Part shown: piece after piece, positions 15,900 to 37,265 of the stretch
Layout: every line of letters begins with the position of its first letter
Numbering within the stretch: the first letter of the stretch is position 1
Source: the human T2T-CHM13v2.0 reference genome, Homo sapiens
NCBI RefSeq assembly: GCF_009914755.1
Contig: NC_060934.1
Reading direction: 5' to 3' (one strand)
Length of the DNA stretch: 64,000 bases
The notes under the pieces: model-generated
Database searches by the model: none
What the model saw: only the letters and a program-made list of their open reading frames with translations
What the model was told of the DNA's origin: nothing
Position numbers and translations under genes: made by a program

Positions 15900-16884
15900 G
15901 TCTTTATCTCCAGCATCTTCTGTCGCCAAAATCACCTTTCGTGACCTTTCGGCTGCATTTGATACTTTTGACTGCTTTCTGCTATTTGGGACAGTTTTTG
16001 TTTTTGAATGTGGCTTCCAAAACACCCATTCCCTTTATTCCCCCCTCCCCTTCCTGCTGGCCACTCTTTCTCAAGTCTCTCTTTGGTTCTATCTCAGCCT
16101 CCTGACCCAGGAAACTCGGGCACCCCCATGCTTAGCGCTGGCTCTTTTCGCCATCCATGGCCTAGGTGATCTCAGTGGGTTTCTGGCTCTGCTACCATCT
16201 GTACTTGCTCAGTTTTTGTCTGTAGCTTACCTCTGTGTCTCTCTCTCTTGAATTCTGGACTCTTGTATCTATCTGACATTTCTACTAGGATGTCAAATTT
16301 ATCCAAAACCGAGCTGACTTCTGCCTTCTAGACTGATGCCATGCACTGTCCTCCACTGGGAGCGGCAGCTCTGTTCCTCTCATTGCTCAGGCCAAAAAGC
16401 AAGTCAGCCTGACTCTCTCATTCTCCTCCACCCGCTATCCAGTCCATCAGCAAATCCTGCTGGCTCTTTCTGAAACACTGTCTATCCAGAATGCAGGTAC
16501 TTCTCATCACCTGCACCATTGCTCCCGGGCCCACCATCCTCCCTGGCTTGGCTTACTGGTAACTTCCTGATTGGGTTTCCCCGCCTCAGCCCTTTCCCAG
16601 GGCTATTCTCCTCCCACCTGCTGCCAGGCCTTTCCCTGGCCATCCTGTGTTAAATGTCATCCCGCCCCTACTGTTATGTTCTCCACAGCACTTGAACACG
16701 ACCCAACATGCCTTTTCACTTCAAGGTTTATTCTTCTATTAGTTTTCCCAGAGTCTGCTTCCCTAGTGTCCATCTCCCCTGCTCGAATGCCTCTTGAGAG
16801 CCAGTGCTTGTATTTTGGTCCTTGTGGTATGGGCCTGGCACATAGTAGGCAGTCAGCAGATATTTATGGAACAAACAAATGAAT
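15900..16884 (+). mobile_element. L2a 3' portion
   Basis: ccagtccatcagcaaatcctgctggctct...; ends cctggcacatagtaggcagtcagcagatatttatggaacaaacaaatgaat. Confidence 0.7.
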
Positions 16885-17349
16885 TTGTGTGACTATAGTT
16901 CATTGTTCATAGTTCATTCATAGCCCGGATTTTATGGCTTATATATTATGTTCATATACATTCTCTCACTTGATCAGTTTGTTCACTTGTAAATCTGACT
17001 AAATCCAATTGTAATTATATTTAAAGTGTATTGACTTCCTTGACTGCCAATATGCAAATTGGCTTCCTCTGGAGATCTTAAGTGTAGCCATTAAAAGATC
17101 ATGTCATTTTTTGTTAGTGACATGGGACCTAAATTTAGACTTGGAGAGCTTTTGCTTCTTTTATCACTAGTTCTATAGAACTCCCTTTTTGCAATTTTAT
17201 TGATTCCTATTTATTGAATTATTATAATTTTATGTTAGTAGATCAGAAATTTAAAAACAAAAGCATATCAGATGCTTCATTTGCCGTCTCCTTGGTTAGT
17301 AAGGAGGCCGCAGCATCTCACAACTTCAGGGAAACATGAAGCATTGCAT

Positions 17350-17386
17350 TCTGTGCTAACGGTGCCCCCTGGAGTTGTGCAACGCA
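17350..17386 (-). promoter_or_regulatory. CTCF-like motif in a probable MER91 relic
   Basis: Minus strand TTGCACAACTCCAGGGGGCACC. Confidence 0.5.
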
Positions 17387-18568
17387 GATGTCATGGCGAA
17401 TGTAAGATGTTTGGCTTGAGTTTCTCATGACGGGGGTCTGTTTTCTTCCTGCTGTTTGAGTGGCATTTTAGGACCCCACAGGCTCAGTTTGCCTTGTGCT
17501 TGCATTATTGGGTCTTCTTGACTACTCTGTGTCACTTTTTATTAGCACAGCTATATCACGTTGTTCCTAATTCCCTTCCACTACATCCATTCCATCGACT
17601 TTCTTCCTTAATGTCTGCCTAGTCCCATTTCACTTCATTGACATCAACATTGTCTGATAGCAAACAAGTCCATATTTTCATCTGGCCGTTACAGGTGTCC
17701 TTGTTGGCTTAATCATAATAAAAACAGTTATTACCATCAAAATACAAATGGTATCTGTCATTTAAAATTTGAGCCTAGAAGTATGGTAAGGTTAAAAGAT
17801 GCAAATGTGGTAATCCACTACCATTCTGGGCTGGTTTACCAATTCAGAGAGAATATGCAAATAATAAACTTTAATTTGTGGAGCAGTGGAAGCAGGCAGA
17901 GGTAGAAATTTGATCCCAATTCTACCTTGTATAGATGATTTTAGTTGCTTAGTCCATCTCCCAGTGCAGACATGGTTTTTGTAATTTCACCTGTGTTACT
18001 GCCCTGCCCTGAGCACTAGTGGTTATAGAAAGATGGGCAATCTAGGCTGTTCATAATAGCTTGCTTAGGATTCTGAATTTGAGGAGAGATGTATTTGTAA
18101 AACCCTGTACTCTGAAAACAGGCCTGTTTAGATTCCCTTAGGACCAGAAAAGGAGGAGAAGGGCTAGGAATTTAAATACCAGAACAGTTCAAACTGCCTG
18201 GTGTACAGCAAGATCTCTTACAGCTTGCAAGAAAGGGCGCTCTCCCAAGCCCTGATCGTGACAACAATTTATGCTTTATTTGATCTATATGCAGTTTATA
18301 AAGTTTATTTAGTCTATGCATATTTAAAAGTTTTAGTGTTTAATATCTGTGATTAAATATTTTGTTGACTGCTATATTTTCATTCTTCTCGTTGGAAGTT
18401 AAGAATCCATCAGTTTATCATCTTTTTAAGTTTTGGGTTTATTCTTCTATTCGTTTTCCCAGAGTCGCTTTTCTGCTTTCAGTCCTGACTTAATTTTTCC
18501 AATGCTCAGGTTAAGAAAGGTCCTATTTGAGCTCGGTTTTGAAAATTTATGTATTGAAAAGTTGTTTA

Positions 18569-18819
18569 TTTGGGAGGCCCATGTGGATCACTTGAGGCCA
18601 GGAGTTCCAGACCAGCCTGAGCAATATAGCGAGACCCTGTCTCAACAAAAAATTTAAAAATTAGTTGGGCATGGTGGTGCACGCCTATAGTCCTAGCTGC
18701 TCAGGAGGCTGAGGTGGGAGGATCACTTGAGCCCAGGAGTTCAAGGCTGCAGTGAGCTACGATCATGCCACTGCACTCCAGCCAGGGAGTGAGACCCTGT
18801 CTCAGAAAAAAAAAAAAAA
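18569..18819 (+). mobile_element. AluJ, 5'-truncated
   Basis: TSD aaaagttgttta on both sides. Confidence 0.9.
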
Positions 18820-20054
18820 GTTGTTTACATTTTCTTTTTGATTTATCCCTTGACAAGGACTAAAGTCCCTGCAGTGAATGGTTAAGTGGGAAGGTGCATG
18901 GAATCACTGTTCTCCAAAAGCCTGAGTGAAGGAGAGAGGTGTCATTGTTTTTCCTTTGTACTGTGCACAGGGAAGAAGTTTCAGAAAACAGGACTTCTCA
19001 CCAGGAATTCCAAAGTTAAAAGAATGTGGCCCTGGGGCAGATGGAGAAGTTTCAGCCTTGAAACAAGTGAACTTGGAGGAAAACTTAATTTTCAGTGTAA
19101 GAAGCCTAATTCACAGGAATAATTTCTCCTAGAGTAAGGCCCTTTCCAGCCAAATCTGTCGGTGCTATTGAGCTGGTATTTCAAGTATGTCCATCTGCAT
19201 TTAAACGAGTTGCTCCAAGACAATCTGATTATACGGTAGTTACTTTGGTGAGAATAGCGCCTCAGTGGAATGGAAACTTCATTTTGAGTCTAATATTAGA
19301 CCTTGCTTTGGAAAATTCCTTTTAAATGATCACAAGCTGGGAATAGCAAAAGAATTTAACTTTCGACAGACAGCATTCACCAAGAATTTTTAACTGCTTA
19401 TGTTGGGTCCTTGGGAAAGCAGATGTGAGAAACCTACCGGACCAAGTGGATGAGATGAGAATTGACTTGACCTGATGCAGTGTTTATATCCATTGCTGAT
19501 AAGTTTCCCTCCTCGTCTCCTCTGCTCAAAATGTTTTCATTCTTTGAGCGTGAGCATGCTAGGGATGAAGATTGTAGGATGCCTAATTGTCTAACAATCT
19601 AAACTTCTAGGCTTGTAGACACAGCTGCCTAGAAGGGGGTCTGAGGCAGAGCAGAAGCTGACTTAGACTGCCAAGTTAAGAAAGGGCCAACAGATCTGCA
19701 GGACCAGAGCCATTGTCTGCGTAAGTGCTGGGAGCTTGATCAGATGCAGCCCTCAGAATATTTTTAATGTGGCTGGTTGTATCTGGGTGAACTTACCCAA
19801 CTTAAAGTGTTAACTAAACTTTATTTAAAGCTCTTGCACCCCACCCCCCGCCACCGCCACCAAGAAAACACTCTGTCATTAAACAAAAATTATACAAAAA
19901 TTAGCTGATTAGGAAGTTTCCAGATAATGCCTACTTTGGCTTCATTTATGGATATGTTTTAGATACTTTGCATGCTTTGGATTGGGAAAACCAATATTGT
20001 TGTTTGAGAGATGCTGTTACTATTTTAAAAGATCTTTGAGATTGAAATGCATCT

Positions 20055-20198
20055 TTTTAACTTTTTATTTTATTTTTTTATAGAAATGAGTTCTTACTAT
20101 GTTGCCCAGGCTGGTCCCAAACTCCTGGCCTCAAGCGATCCTCCTGCCTTGGCCTCCCAAGATGCTGGGATTACAGGCGTGAGCCATTGTGCCCTGCC
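20055..20198 (-). mobile_element. FLAM monomer
   Basis: Reverse monomer; TSD-like tgcatct. Confidence 0.85.
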
Positions 20199-20592
20199 TG
20201 AGGTGCATCTTCTAATCACTTTGTACATTTAATAATATAGTGGGGTTTTTTCCCTCTAAGTTGGTAATAAGTTGATGGTGCCTTAGAATTTAGGAAAAAC
20301 ATTAATAAAATAACGAGCATTACCACTTAGTGATCACCCAGCCGATTCCAGGCAGTGTCTTTGCTGGGTACCAGCATTATCTCTGATTTTCACAACAATC
20401 CTATTGCAGTAACAATTATGAGGCTGGCTTTAAAGATAAGGAAGCTCAGAAAAGTTATGTTTGGTCATGGTCTTCTGCTAGTAATGGCTAATGAGTGGCC
20501 TGCTGGAGTTCAAATCCAGAACTGTTCGACTCATGTTCTTCCCTTGCCATCCTGGTCTCAAGCAATCCATCCCCCAAAGCAGCAGTCTTTAA

Positions 20593-20718
20593 CCTATTTA
20601 TGCCTAGTGTTCCATTATTGGAATGCTAAGCTTGTGGGAGTTATTTATATTCTACTGCTCAAGGTCATCACCAAGGTCTGATTTTTCACAAAAACTTGCA
20701 ACCTGTGACATAAATGGG
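20593..20718 (+). mobile_element. MER85 piggyBac-family MITE
   Basis: TTAA on both sides (20589-92, 20719-22); TIRs CCTATTTATGCC / GACATAAATGGG; internal palindrome GTTCCATTATTGGAAT. Confidence 0.9.
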
Positions 20719-21239
20719 TTAAACTTTTTTTGGTCTCAGGACCCCTTGAAACTCTTAAAAATGATTGAGGATCCTTTTATTTATGTGGGTTCTATCTTTT
20801 GATATTTACTGTATTTGAATTAAAACAGAGACCTTCAAAACATTGGTTGATTTAAAGGACAATAATCCATTGCTTGCTAATATAGTGTTATTAATAAAAA
20901 TATTTTCTAAAACAAACAGTAGAAGAGTGCCATTGTTTTACTTTTTGCATGTCTAATCAAGCTAAAAGGAAGGCAGCTGGGTTCAGTCTTGTGCATTCAG
21001 TCTGTGCAGTATACTGTGTTAGTTGAAGTATATCAGGAGAATCTGGCCTCACACAGGTATGTATTTGGAAAAGGGAGGAGTATCAGCTTTTTTGGACAGT
21101 GATGGGTATTCTCCTTTGATATTACATCAAAACTCCATACATAGTAATTTATTAAAGGTTAGTTGTAATGTAGAATCTGAAACCATACCAGTAGACCTTT
21201 GGACTCTTACATTAACTTTGTTTGGTCCGAAATCTTCTT

Positions 21240-21925
21240 TACAGAAGAATACTGAATAATATATGCAGGTACTCCCCCTTCTAAATAATACATGTAGATA
21301 CTCCCATATTCCAGGAAGTAGAGCTTAACTCCCACCCTTGTATGGGTGGGCTAGACTTAGTGATTTGTTTTCAAATAATAGAATTAAGGAAAGGGAAAAA
21401 TGAGTAACTTTCCAATGGAGAAACCTGGGAAACACAGCCTTAACCAAGTGATGAAAAAGGTGAATGTCAGCAGTGATGTCATATAACCACTGATGTAACT
21501 AGAAAACCTATAACCCAGTATACTCATGGGTGAAACATCAGACAAGCTCAAATCGGGGGACATTCTGCAGGAGGCCTGACCAGTACCCTTCAATATTGTC
21601 AATGTCATAAAAAGCAAAGACCGAAAAACTGTCACAGACCAGAGGAGACTAAAGAGACATGACAACTAAATGTGGTGTGGTGCCCTGAACCAGACAACAA
21701 AACAAAGAGGATGTTGTAGAAATAATCAGCGAAATCCAAATAAAGTCTGGAGTTTACTTAATAGTAATGTACCAATGCCAATTTTTTAGTTTTGACAAAT
21801 ATATCATGGTAGTGTAAGATGTTAACAATGGGGGAAACCGGGTGAAGGGTTTATAGGAACTCTCTGTACTCTCTTTGCAACTTTTCTGTAAATCTAAAAT
21901 TATTCCAAAGTAAGAATTTTTAAAA
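21240..21925 (+). mobile_element. L1MC/MD-type 3' end
   Basis: aagatgttaacaatgggggaaaccgggtgaagggt...gcaacttttctgtaaatctaaaattattccaaa. Confidence 0.75.
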
Positions 21926-22044
21926 ATCTGTTGTTCTGTCTTATACTCCAAATGGATTGTGTACTCGTGCATGATTTTGTAACATTGCCATAGTCACTTG
22001 GAAAATATTGGTTCACTGAGTTATACAGATCTTCAAAATGTTGA

Positions 22045-22768
<724 letters not shown>

Positions 22769-23119
22769 TAAAATTTTAACTGTCTGTTGAAAGCTCAAAT
22801 TTTATCATTGGCAGTCCACACTGCCTATTGTTTTCCTTGATGTGACAGGTTCATTTTTGAGAAAATGCCTGACAAATACCCAAGTCTATATAACCATAGT
22901 TTGTCTAGTAGTCGTGTTTGAAGTAAAAACATTCAACAATGAAAGTGGCCAGTCCAACTTGCAAGTCAATCACAAGAGTCTTTCCTCAGGACGGCTGCCA
23001 TACTTCAGAATTCAACAGAAGTGTTTTATGACAATTCCCATGTTGTCATACAGATTACCAAAAGACATGTACTCAGGTCAGGATTTAATGAAATTAATGT
23101 TTACTGCTTCAGCAAGGAC

Positions 23120-23399
<280 letters not shown>

Positions 23400-23860
23400 A
23401 AGTACATTCTTAAGAGAAGCTACTTCCTTCCCTTTACTGCATGTGTGTTGTGACAGAGAACAGTGTTCACTAAGTGCAGCTTGCTCCCACTACGTTCATC
23501 TGTGCTAAGGTGCCTTTTCACCATCAGTTCAAATTTCAACACAGTGAAAACAGCCAATAGCATCTTAGTATTCTTATGAAAATAGTTGGGCCTCATGGAC
23601 CTCCTATAAGGGTCTTGGGAATCCCTAGGGCACCATGGACCACACTTTGAGAACCACTCTCTTTAGGTGGCAGTTGCCGAAAGGTTACGCAACAAGAGAC
23701 ATTACCATTAGGAAGCAGAGAACAATGGTGCAGTGCAATGTATGTGGAGGGTGACGCTCTTCTGGCGTAACTTTCTGCCTTTTAATGGCTCTTGAAGTTC
23801 TTCCATTTGTTTGTGATGTCTCAGTACCATTTTAAAATGCTGAAACAGAGATTTTGATAA

Positions 23861-24109
<249 letters not shown>

Positions 24110-24503
24110 TAGCATTGTCTGAGTGTATTTCCCGAAACCTTTGCTTTTTTTGTTGTGCTGTTTGTGAGTCTTCTGACGTTTCTCCAGTTGCTGCCTCTGT
24201 TTATAATGACACATGATGTGTGTAGGCCGTGCACAACCTGTTGGTATATTCCAGTCCTTTTATCAGAAGGAGCAGACCCTGTAATGTCAAGCGACAGCAT
24301 TCTTCTGAACAGCCAGCTGCTTCTAACCACTGATGAGGGCATTACTTGCCCTAAACAGAAAACTGCTGTTGGTTTTAAATTTTATTTTACATATGTAAAA
24401 AAATCTCTACTAAAATTTCATTTTATACAACTAGGTATATTGTTTTCAGATAAACTTCTGTTTGTACTTTTCATAACTCAAGTACTCTTTAAAGTGAATG
24501 GGA

Positions 24504-24843
<340 letters not shown>

Positions 24844-25442
24844 TTATACTTCCTTGTTCCAGAACCCTTGGGTCAGGGGTGGAGGTGAGATGTGCAAGTG
24901 TAGCTTGCTGGGGCAGTGGGTCGGGGGTGTGGGAAGCAGGATAGGGTAGGGTACACAGTAAGAATGTGTTTTTCCTGTTCTCTGCTTCTCTGCTTTCTCT
25001 TTGGGGGAAGGTGAAAGTGGGGAGTGGCTTGGATCAGGGCAGGGTGAGGTAAGTATGGATACCTTATTTGCCCAGGTGTAGACTTGATCCTGAACTGAGT
25101 GTTGAACTGAGTCCTGTCTCATTAAAGTGTAAAATATGATTGCTGGACTGTGGAGCTTAAATCTTCTTTGGCCACACCCTTAGCAATGCTCAAGGGTTCC
25201 ATAAAGCCAGAGATGGTCCAGGCCTGAGATGTTTGGGGGTCCCAGGGGTGGGATAGAGAAAGAGCATCTGGGCTCTGTGTATGCTGCCTGGTTTTAAAGC
25301 ATGGCTTGGCGGAGGGGAAATGGACTGTCTGAGCTTCCCAACAAGCTGGTCATTCAGGATAAAGTCTGCTTTGCTCAAAGCAGGGTGCTTTTTATTCAGT
25401 CCTGCTAGAAGGAAACATCCCACATTTTAAAATTGAGAAAGT

Positions 25443-26056
<614 letters not shown>

Positions 26057-26248
26057 CTAACGACTATTTTCTGAAAACGTATCCTGTTTTATCCTCACAT
26101 CTGAATAGCATTCTTAAAAAACACCCTTTCCCACATCTGTTTTATCCTTTCCTCACTTGGAGGGTCGTCAGAGGTCTCAGAGAATATTATTTGTACGTTT
26201 ACGTTCTTTTCATCCTTCCTCACAAATGACTGTTTAAAAACCAACTGT

Positions 26249-26629
<381 letters not shown>

Positions 26630-26764
26630 TTAGGAGATCCTATGTTTGCACTTCAGTTTTATACAAATGTTAGTTTAACTTCTCTTAAGCCTTGATTGGA
26701 CTGATCTCATACAGAAGTGTTGCCTGATGTTACTGGCTCAAGATGCTGGACTTGTGGTTTCAGG

Positions 26765-27080
<316 letters not shown>

Positions 27081-27388
27081 TGATCTGGATAGAGATTGGG
27101 AGTGACAGCTGTTGCCATTAGAAAATTATTTTTAAATTCTGTATTGATTTCTACTGTCTGGTTCTCAAAAGAATTGAGACAGACAGAAAGTGGAAGTTGC
27201 AGTCGCCTTCTCAGGAAAAGCCTAGTAATCAATCTGTTTTGCTTTATGCAAGAAACAATAATGCAGTGACTCAGTCCTTGGGAAGGAGCAAGCAATTGGG
27301 GTCTTGTCTTTAAGCTCGTTTTTTCTTGATCATTAATTTGTCTAGAAAAATACTTGAAAGATGGTTTTGCAGGAGTTACCTTCCAGGT

Positions 27389-27981
<593 letters not shown>

Positions 27982-28407
27982 CCGGATCCCATTCGTATCT
28001 GCTTGACCTTGAGGATCTCATGGTCTGGAGTAGCAGTGAAGCAAACATATTATTAAAACACTGCTCTGCGAAAGCATTCATGTTTGTTTCTTAAGGGGGT
28101 TTTGTTTGTGTGTTGTCTTTCAGCAGAGGGAAGGGGCCTCTTACAGGCAGGGACACTCCTCCCTTGTGTGTACACAGTGGTGGTCCTTTGCTGGAGGATG
28201 GTGACATTGAGCAACAGTGGACTGTGCACTCCAGGCTGCGCGCCCTGTTGCTGTGTGCTTCTGTGGGTCTTGTGAGAGGCTCTGTCAGCATTTGCCTGAT
28301 GCTGTGCTCACAAGGGCCCTCTACAGACCTTCCTGAAGTACATTCACTAATCAGGCTGCCTGCGGTCACTCGCTGCGGACTGCGTGGTGCCCAGGCCGCC
28401 GTGCTGA

Positions 28408-28830
<423 letters not shown>

Positions 28831-30072
28831 TAATGCCACTTTTGTGTTTTGTTTTTTTTGTTTTTTTGTTTTGTTTTGTTTTTTTCTTTTTAAATTCTCT
28901 CCTCTCCTATGTTCAGTGTCGGCATGAACCCTCTGAGACATTTACCAGGGGTGGACCAGTAACTTAAAATTGGTCTGAAAGGTAAGGATGAATGTTAGTG
29001 CCACACTGCATGTGTACAGTAGGCCAGGCCATCTCCTTCCAGCTAGGTCCGTGGGAGAGCCAGCTGGCGGAGCAGGCTGATGGTGCCAGCCTGGCACCAG
29101 CTTGTTTGATGGACAATTGAGTCCAATCTCTCTTCAGCTTGTCCTGGAAGCACAGTTGGACATCAGTGGTAACACAGGGGCTGTGATTTGCAAAGAAGAA
29201 AACTAGGTTTTCACAATTAAATCTTTATCTTTTATGATTTTAATGAAATCAAATTCTAAGAACTTTGATATGGATTTCTTGATGGCCTCCTCAGATCAGA
29301 TTAACTCGAGTCCATTTCAGGAGGCAAGTGTTCATGTTGTTTAAACCACCAACCCAGCCGGCACTGACTGCTCCAGAGAGGTCAAGGTTGAATGGACTTA
29401 AGATACTGACCAACCCTTCTCCCATCCCCAGATGCTCTCCAGGGTTGAGCTCTGGTGGCCAGGGGAAGTGTGAGAAAGTCTAAAGCATCCAGTGGCTTTA
29501 GAAGACATCGGTGTCCCTGATAGGCAGCCAGTGCCTTTCATCTGCATGCAGTAAACTTAAACCATGTTTAAAAGAAGGCTAGCCGCAACCACATGGTGGA
29601 ATGCTGTTTAACTCTTTAAGGTCGTGTTCTCAGACACATGGAAATGCTCACAATATTATATTTATCACATCAGAAAATATAGCTTAATACAAAGTGGGGA
29701 GAAACAGAATCTAAAACTATGTGTACATTAAGATTAGAGTTGTGTTTTTGTGTGTACACACATGTATACATGAGCACACGTGCCTGGGCATGGCACTGGA
29801 AAGAAATGCTCACTTGATTGCTCAGAATGGTAATCTGAGTGGTTGGCTTATAGATAAGTTTTTCTTTCTTCTTTCTTTTTCTGTATTTTCTAAAATTCCT
29901 GTAATTACTATCTTATTACAAAAAAGTCACAAGTTAATACAGAACTTACAGCTTTCATAAATACATAATTAGAAAATAAAAGAACAGACGATGTCTTTCA
30001 CTTATTATTCTTTTTCTAATTTTGATAATACTGTTCCTCATTTAAGTACCACAAATTAAAACTAAACATCTA

Positions 30073-30372
<300 letters not shown>

Positions 30373-31023
30373 GAAAACTAAAACTAAATCTCCTACTCTG
30401 CTTCTGAGATATCATAGAGTCCAGTTGTAGGATAGCACCCTTCAGTCAGTAATTTTTGTTTTTGTTATTTAAAATAAAATTGCTGTCTTTGTAAATACTT
30501 TTGAACATTACTTTTTTTTTTTAAATTAGCATGTTGATGTGTGCACATGCCCTGCTCTTATTTCCAGTCTCGACCCTCTTTGTTCCCCACATTCCTTGGG
30601 GTAGTTGAGTGGGAGAGGGAGACGTGGGGCACCTGTGTGTGTGCGCTGGCACTAACCGCACCTGATGCTCCTGACCTTGGCTTCTTCCTTTGGCTGTTGG
30701 TCGACAGTCAGGCTGTTATGGCTTGTTGAGGGGCATCCCCCGCACTCAAGGAGCCCGCTTGCCGTTGATTTTCGTTTCTGTCAGTGAAATTAGTGTACTT
30801 TTATGAGGACTGAAGTCAATGATGGGTTGAAAAGGAAAGAAGTAAAAGGAACAAATGTGAGAATTCAGCACTTTCTAATTTCTCCCAGGTAATCTGTCCC
30901 CAGTGGATCACCAAACGGAAGCCTCGTCCATTCAAATGCTATCACTTTGATTCCAAGTATTCTTATCTAAACACCTCAATTACTATTAATAGTATAATTT
31001 TTCTCTCTCTGTTTGAAATGTAA

Positions 31024-31236
<213 letters not shown>

Positions 31237-31384
31237 TAGTGGTTTGCTCTCACTGAGTATCCATCTTTCAGTTTGGTGTAAGTGAATGGGTGTCACCGTG
31301 TACATACTGAACCTTTCTATAGGGGGTAGCCTTAGACATGGGAGAATTTTATCTTCCTGTTTTCATATCTGTAAAGTAATTCTA

Positions 31385-31734
<350 letters not shown>

Positions 31735-33144
31735 GTTGGGGGGATGCACCTAGTGATTACTGAGTCAGATGAAAATGGTGAATTCAATTGTTAGTATTTT
31801 TTGAAGAGTGTGGGAGAGTTTACCAGTACATGTCTGAATCTCAGTGGGTGTTTGAAATTTAAGTGTCATGGGTTATTGGTCCTTTTTCCATCCTTTTTTC
31901 CATCCTTCATGAGGACTTAAGTTTATACAGCTTCTTAGAGATATCTTAGCATCTCTTCCATTAACGCCATCAAAATAATCCATTTGTTGTTGTTTTTATT
32001 CCTGGTTACCAACCAAACTGTTTTATAGAGGAACTGATAGGATAATTACAGCCTCTTACAGCAGAGTAGCTAATTCCTTCTCACTGTAACATAATTCAGT
32101 AGATGAGGTGAGAAGGTCAATTCATTCTAAACTTCCTTTGAGTGGCTTTGGTGCTTGGGTTGACAGGAGGCCTTGTTTTATCACAGTTTCACTTAATAGA
32201 GCTCTATCCTTGGCATGGAGGCCAAGGTGGATATTAGTCGATAAAATGCTAATGTGGATCAAATGTGTAGACTCAAGCTCGGGAAAGTGTTGTGTTCATG
32301 TGTGACCCCATGTTTGGGCAGCATTGTGGTGTTTGGAAGCAGGAGTGAGGAGTAGGAAAATGCCGAGGGTTAGCTGATTACATGTCACATTCTTACAGTC
32401 CTTCTTAGAAACTTCTGTTTGCAAGTTTACTAATTTAGTACGCTGATTCATCTTCTAAATTTAGTTTTCCTCAATTGTTTTTTTTCTTTCCTCTTTGGAG
32501 ATAATGTAAGCTTGTAACTCTGAGTGCACTGTTGGGAATTTAGTTTATTTACTGCAGTGAGGGAATAAAACATTCATGTTTCTCATAAGAGTGAGATGCG
32601 AATATTCCTTAAGCCTGGAGAAACTCTGGATACATCAAAGACTGTCACAGGAGGAATTGGAATATTGACATTGTGAATTTTAGTGTTAATATTAGAAACT
32701 GTGGTTTTCAGTTGTCTACTTTTATATAGTTAGTGTTTATGAAGTTGTGATTCAGTAATGCTTTATTGCTATATAAGAAAGCCATGGATCTAAAAATCTT
32801 ATGGAAAAGGGACTTCATAATCTCTGTCCATTTACAAGTAAATCTTTTAAGATATTTTTGATAAGACATCTATGTATATTTACCTGTATTTGTATACCAA
32901 TTTGTGTTAAATACTTATATAAAGGTGACAAGTTTTTTGAACTGTTAGGCTGATAATGCCATGGGGGTTTTACAAGTAGTGTGTATGTTTGATGAACAGG
33001 ACTTACGGAGATGTTTGGTGAAAAACCATGATCTTGCAGACAGCCAGTTACCTAAGGTACAAAGAGAAGAGCAAAATGAAACACCCTCACAGCCTCAGTC
33101 AATCTGGCATAGCTGCCATCATTAACAAAGCATATTCTACCTAA

Positions 33145-33552
<408 letters not shown>

Positions 33553-33599
33553 TAAGAAAAAAGCAATAATATCTGCCTTCCCTTCCTGGCCTCAGTGCC

Positions 33600-36400
<2,801 letters not shown>

Positions 36401-37114
36401 GGATCACTATGTAGTAATGGAAGAAGTGGAAAGCATGTGCCCGGCCCATCCACACTCTTTTTTAGAGCATCTGACATGGATTCAAAAGGGACTTTTCCCT
36501 ATAAACGGGGGTCGTCTTGTGGAGTATGGCAGGTGGCATCTTAAAATTTATACAGCCCTTGAAATACTTAGTATGCCTTCACCCTTCACCTGATAGGAAG
36601 GAGAATTTAAGCTTTTAATAGCAACCTCCTCATGGGTTTTTAAGTTGCACGGTCTGTGTACCCTAGTGCAGTAACGGATCCTTAATCTTGAGTCAAGCAC
36701 AGATAACACACCCATTTTACTTGGACACCCAGCATTGAAACTTTTAAAATTATACTACTTAAGTATATGTCAGTATAAAATTGACTAGGTATAAGATTCC
36801 TTTGCTTAGAACTCTTATATATAACTATAAACCAAAACAAACTATCAAATGAATAAATTCTCAATGTGTAGATGATATTTGGCTGACCTGGAAGGGCCCC
36901 ATCCCAGGGCTGTGGAGGGCTGCTGCCCTGCGAGCTCCCTTGCATTCAGCACACCTGGGCCTTTGTGTGTCCAAGATGTCTGCACCCTCCAGCCCTTTGC
37001 CAAATTTGAGCTACTTTGAATGTTTCTACAGTGTGTCGTGCTATTATTTGGCCTCCACTGGGTGTGACTGAATTACTTCCCTGTTAAATCCCACTCTGTT
37101 CCCTACTCATTAGC

Positions 37115-37265
37115 TCAGTGCTTCTCAGAATTTAATGTGCAGAGGATTCACCTGTGGGTCTTGTTGAACGGCAGATCCTTCAGTATGAAACGAATGCTTC
37201 AGTAGGTCTGGGGTGGAGTCTGAGATGCTGCGTTACCAGCAAGCTCCCAGTTGACAGTAGCAAGG
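37115..37265. mobile_element. MER5-type hAT MITE
   Basis: cagtgcttctcagaattt...cagtaggtctggggtggagtctgagatgctgcgttaccagcaagctcccag. Confidence 0.65.

Noticed and set aside
14850-16251. ORFs of 162 aa and 171 aa
   Set aside because: No domain similarity; the 171-aa ORF runs into the L2 relic, and the 162-aa ORF has no splice or codon support.
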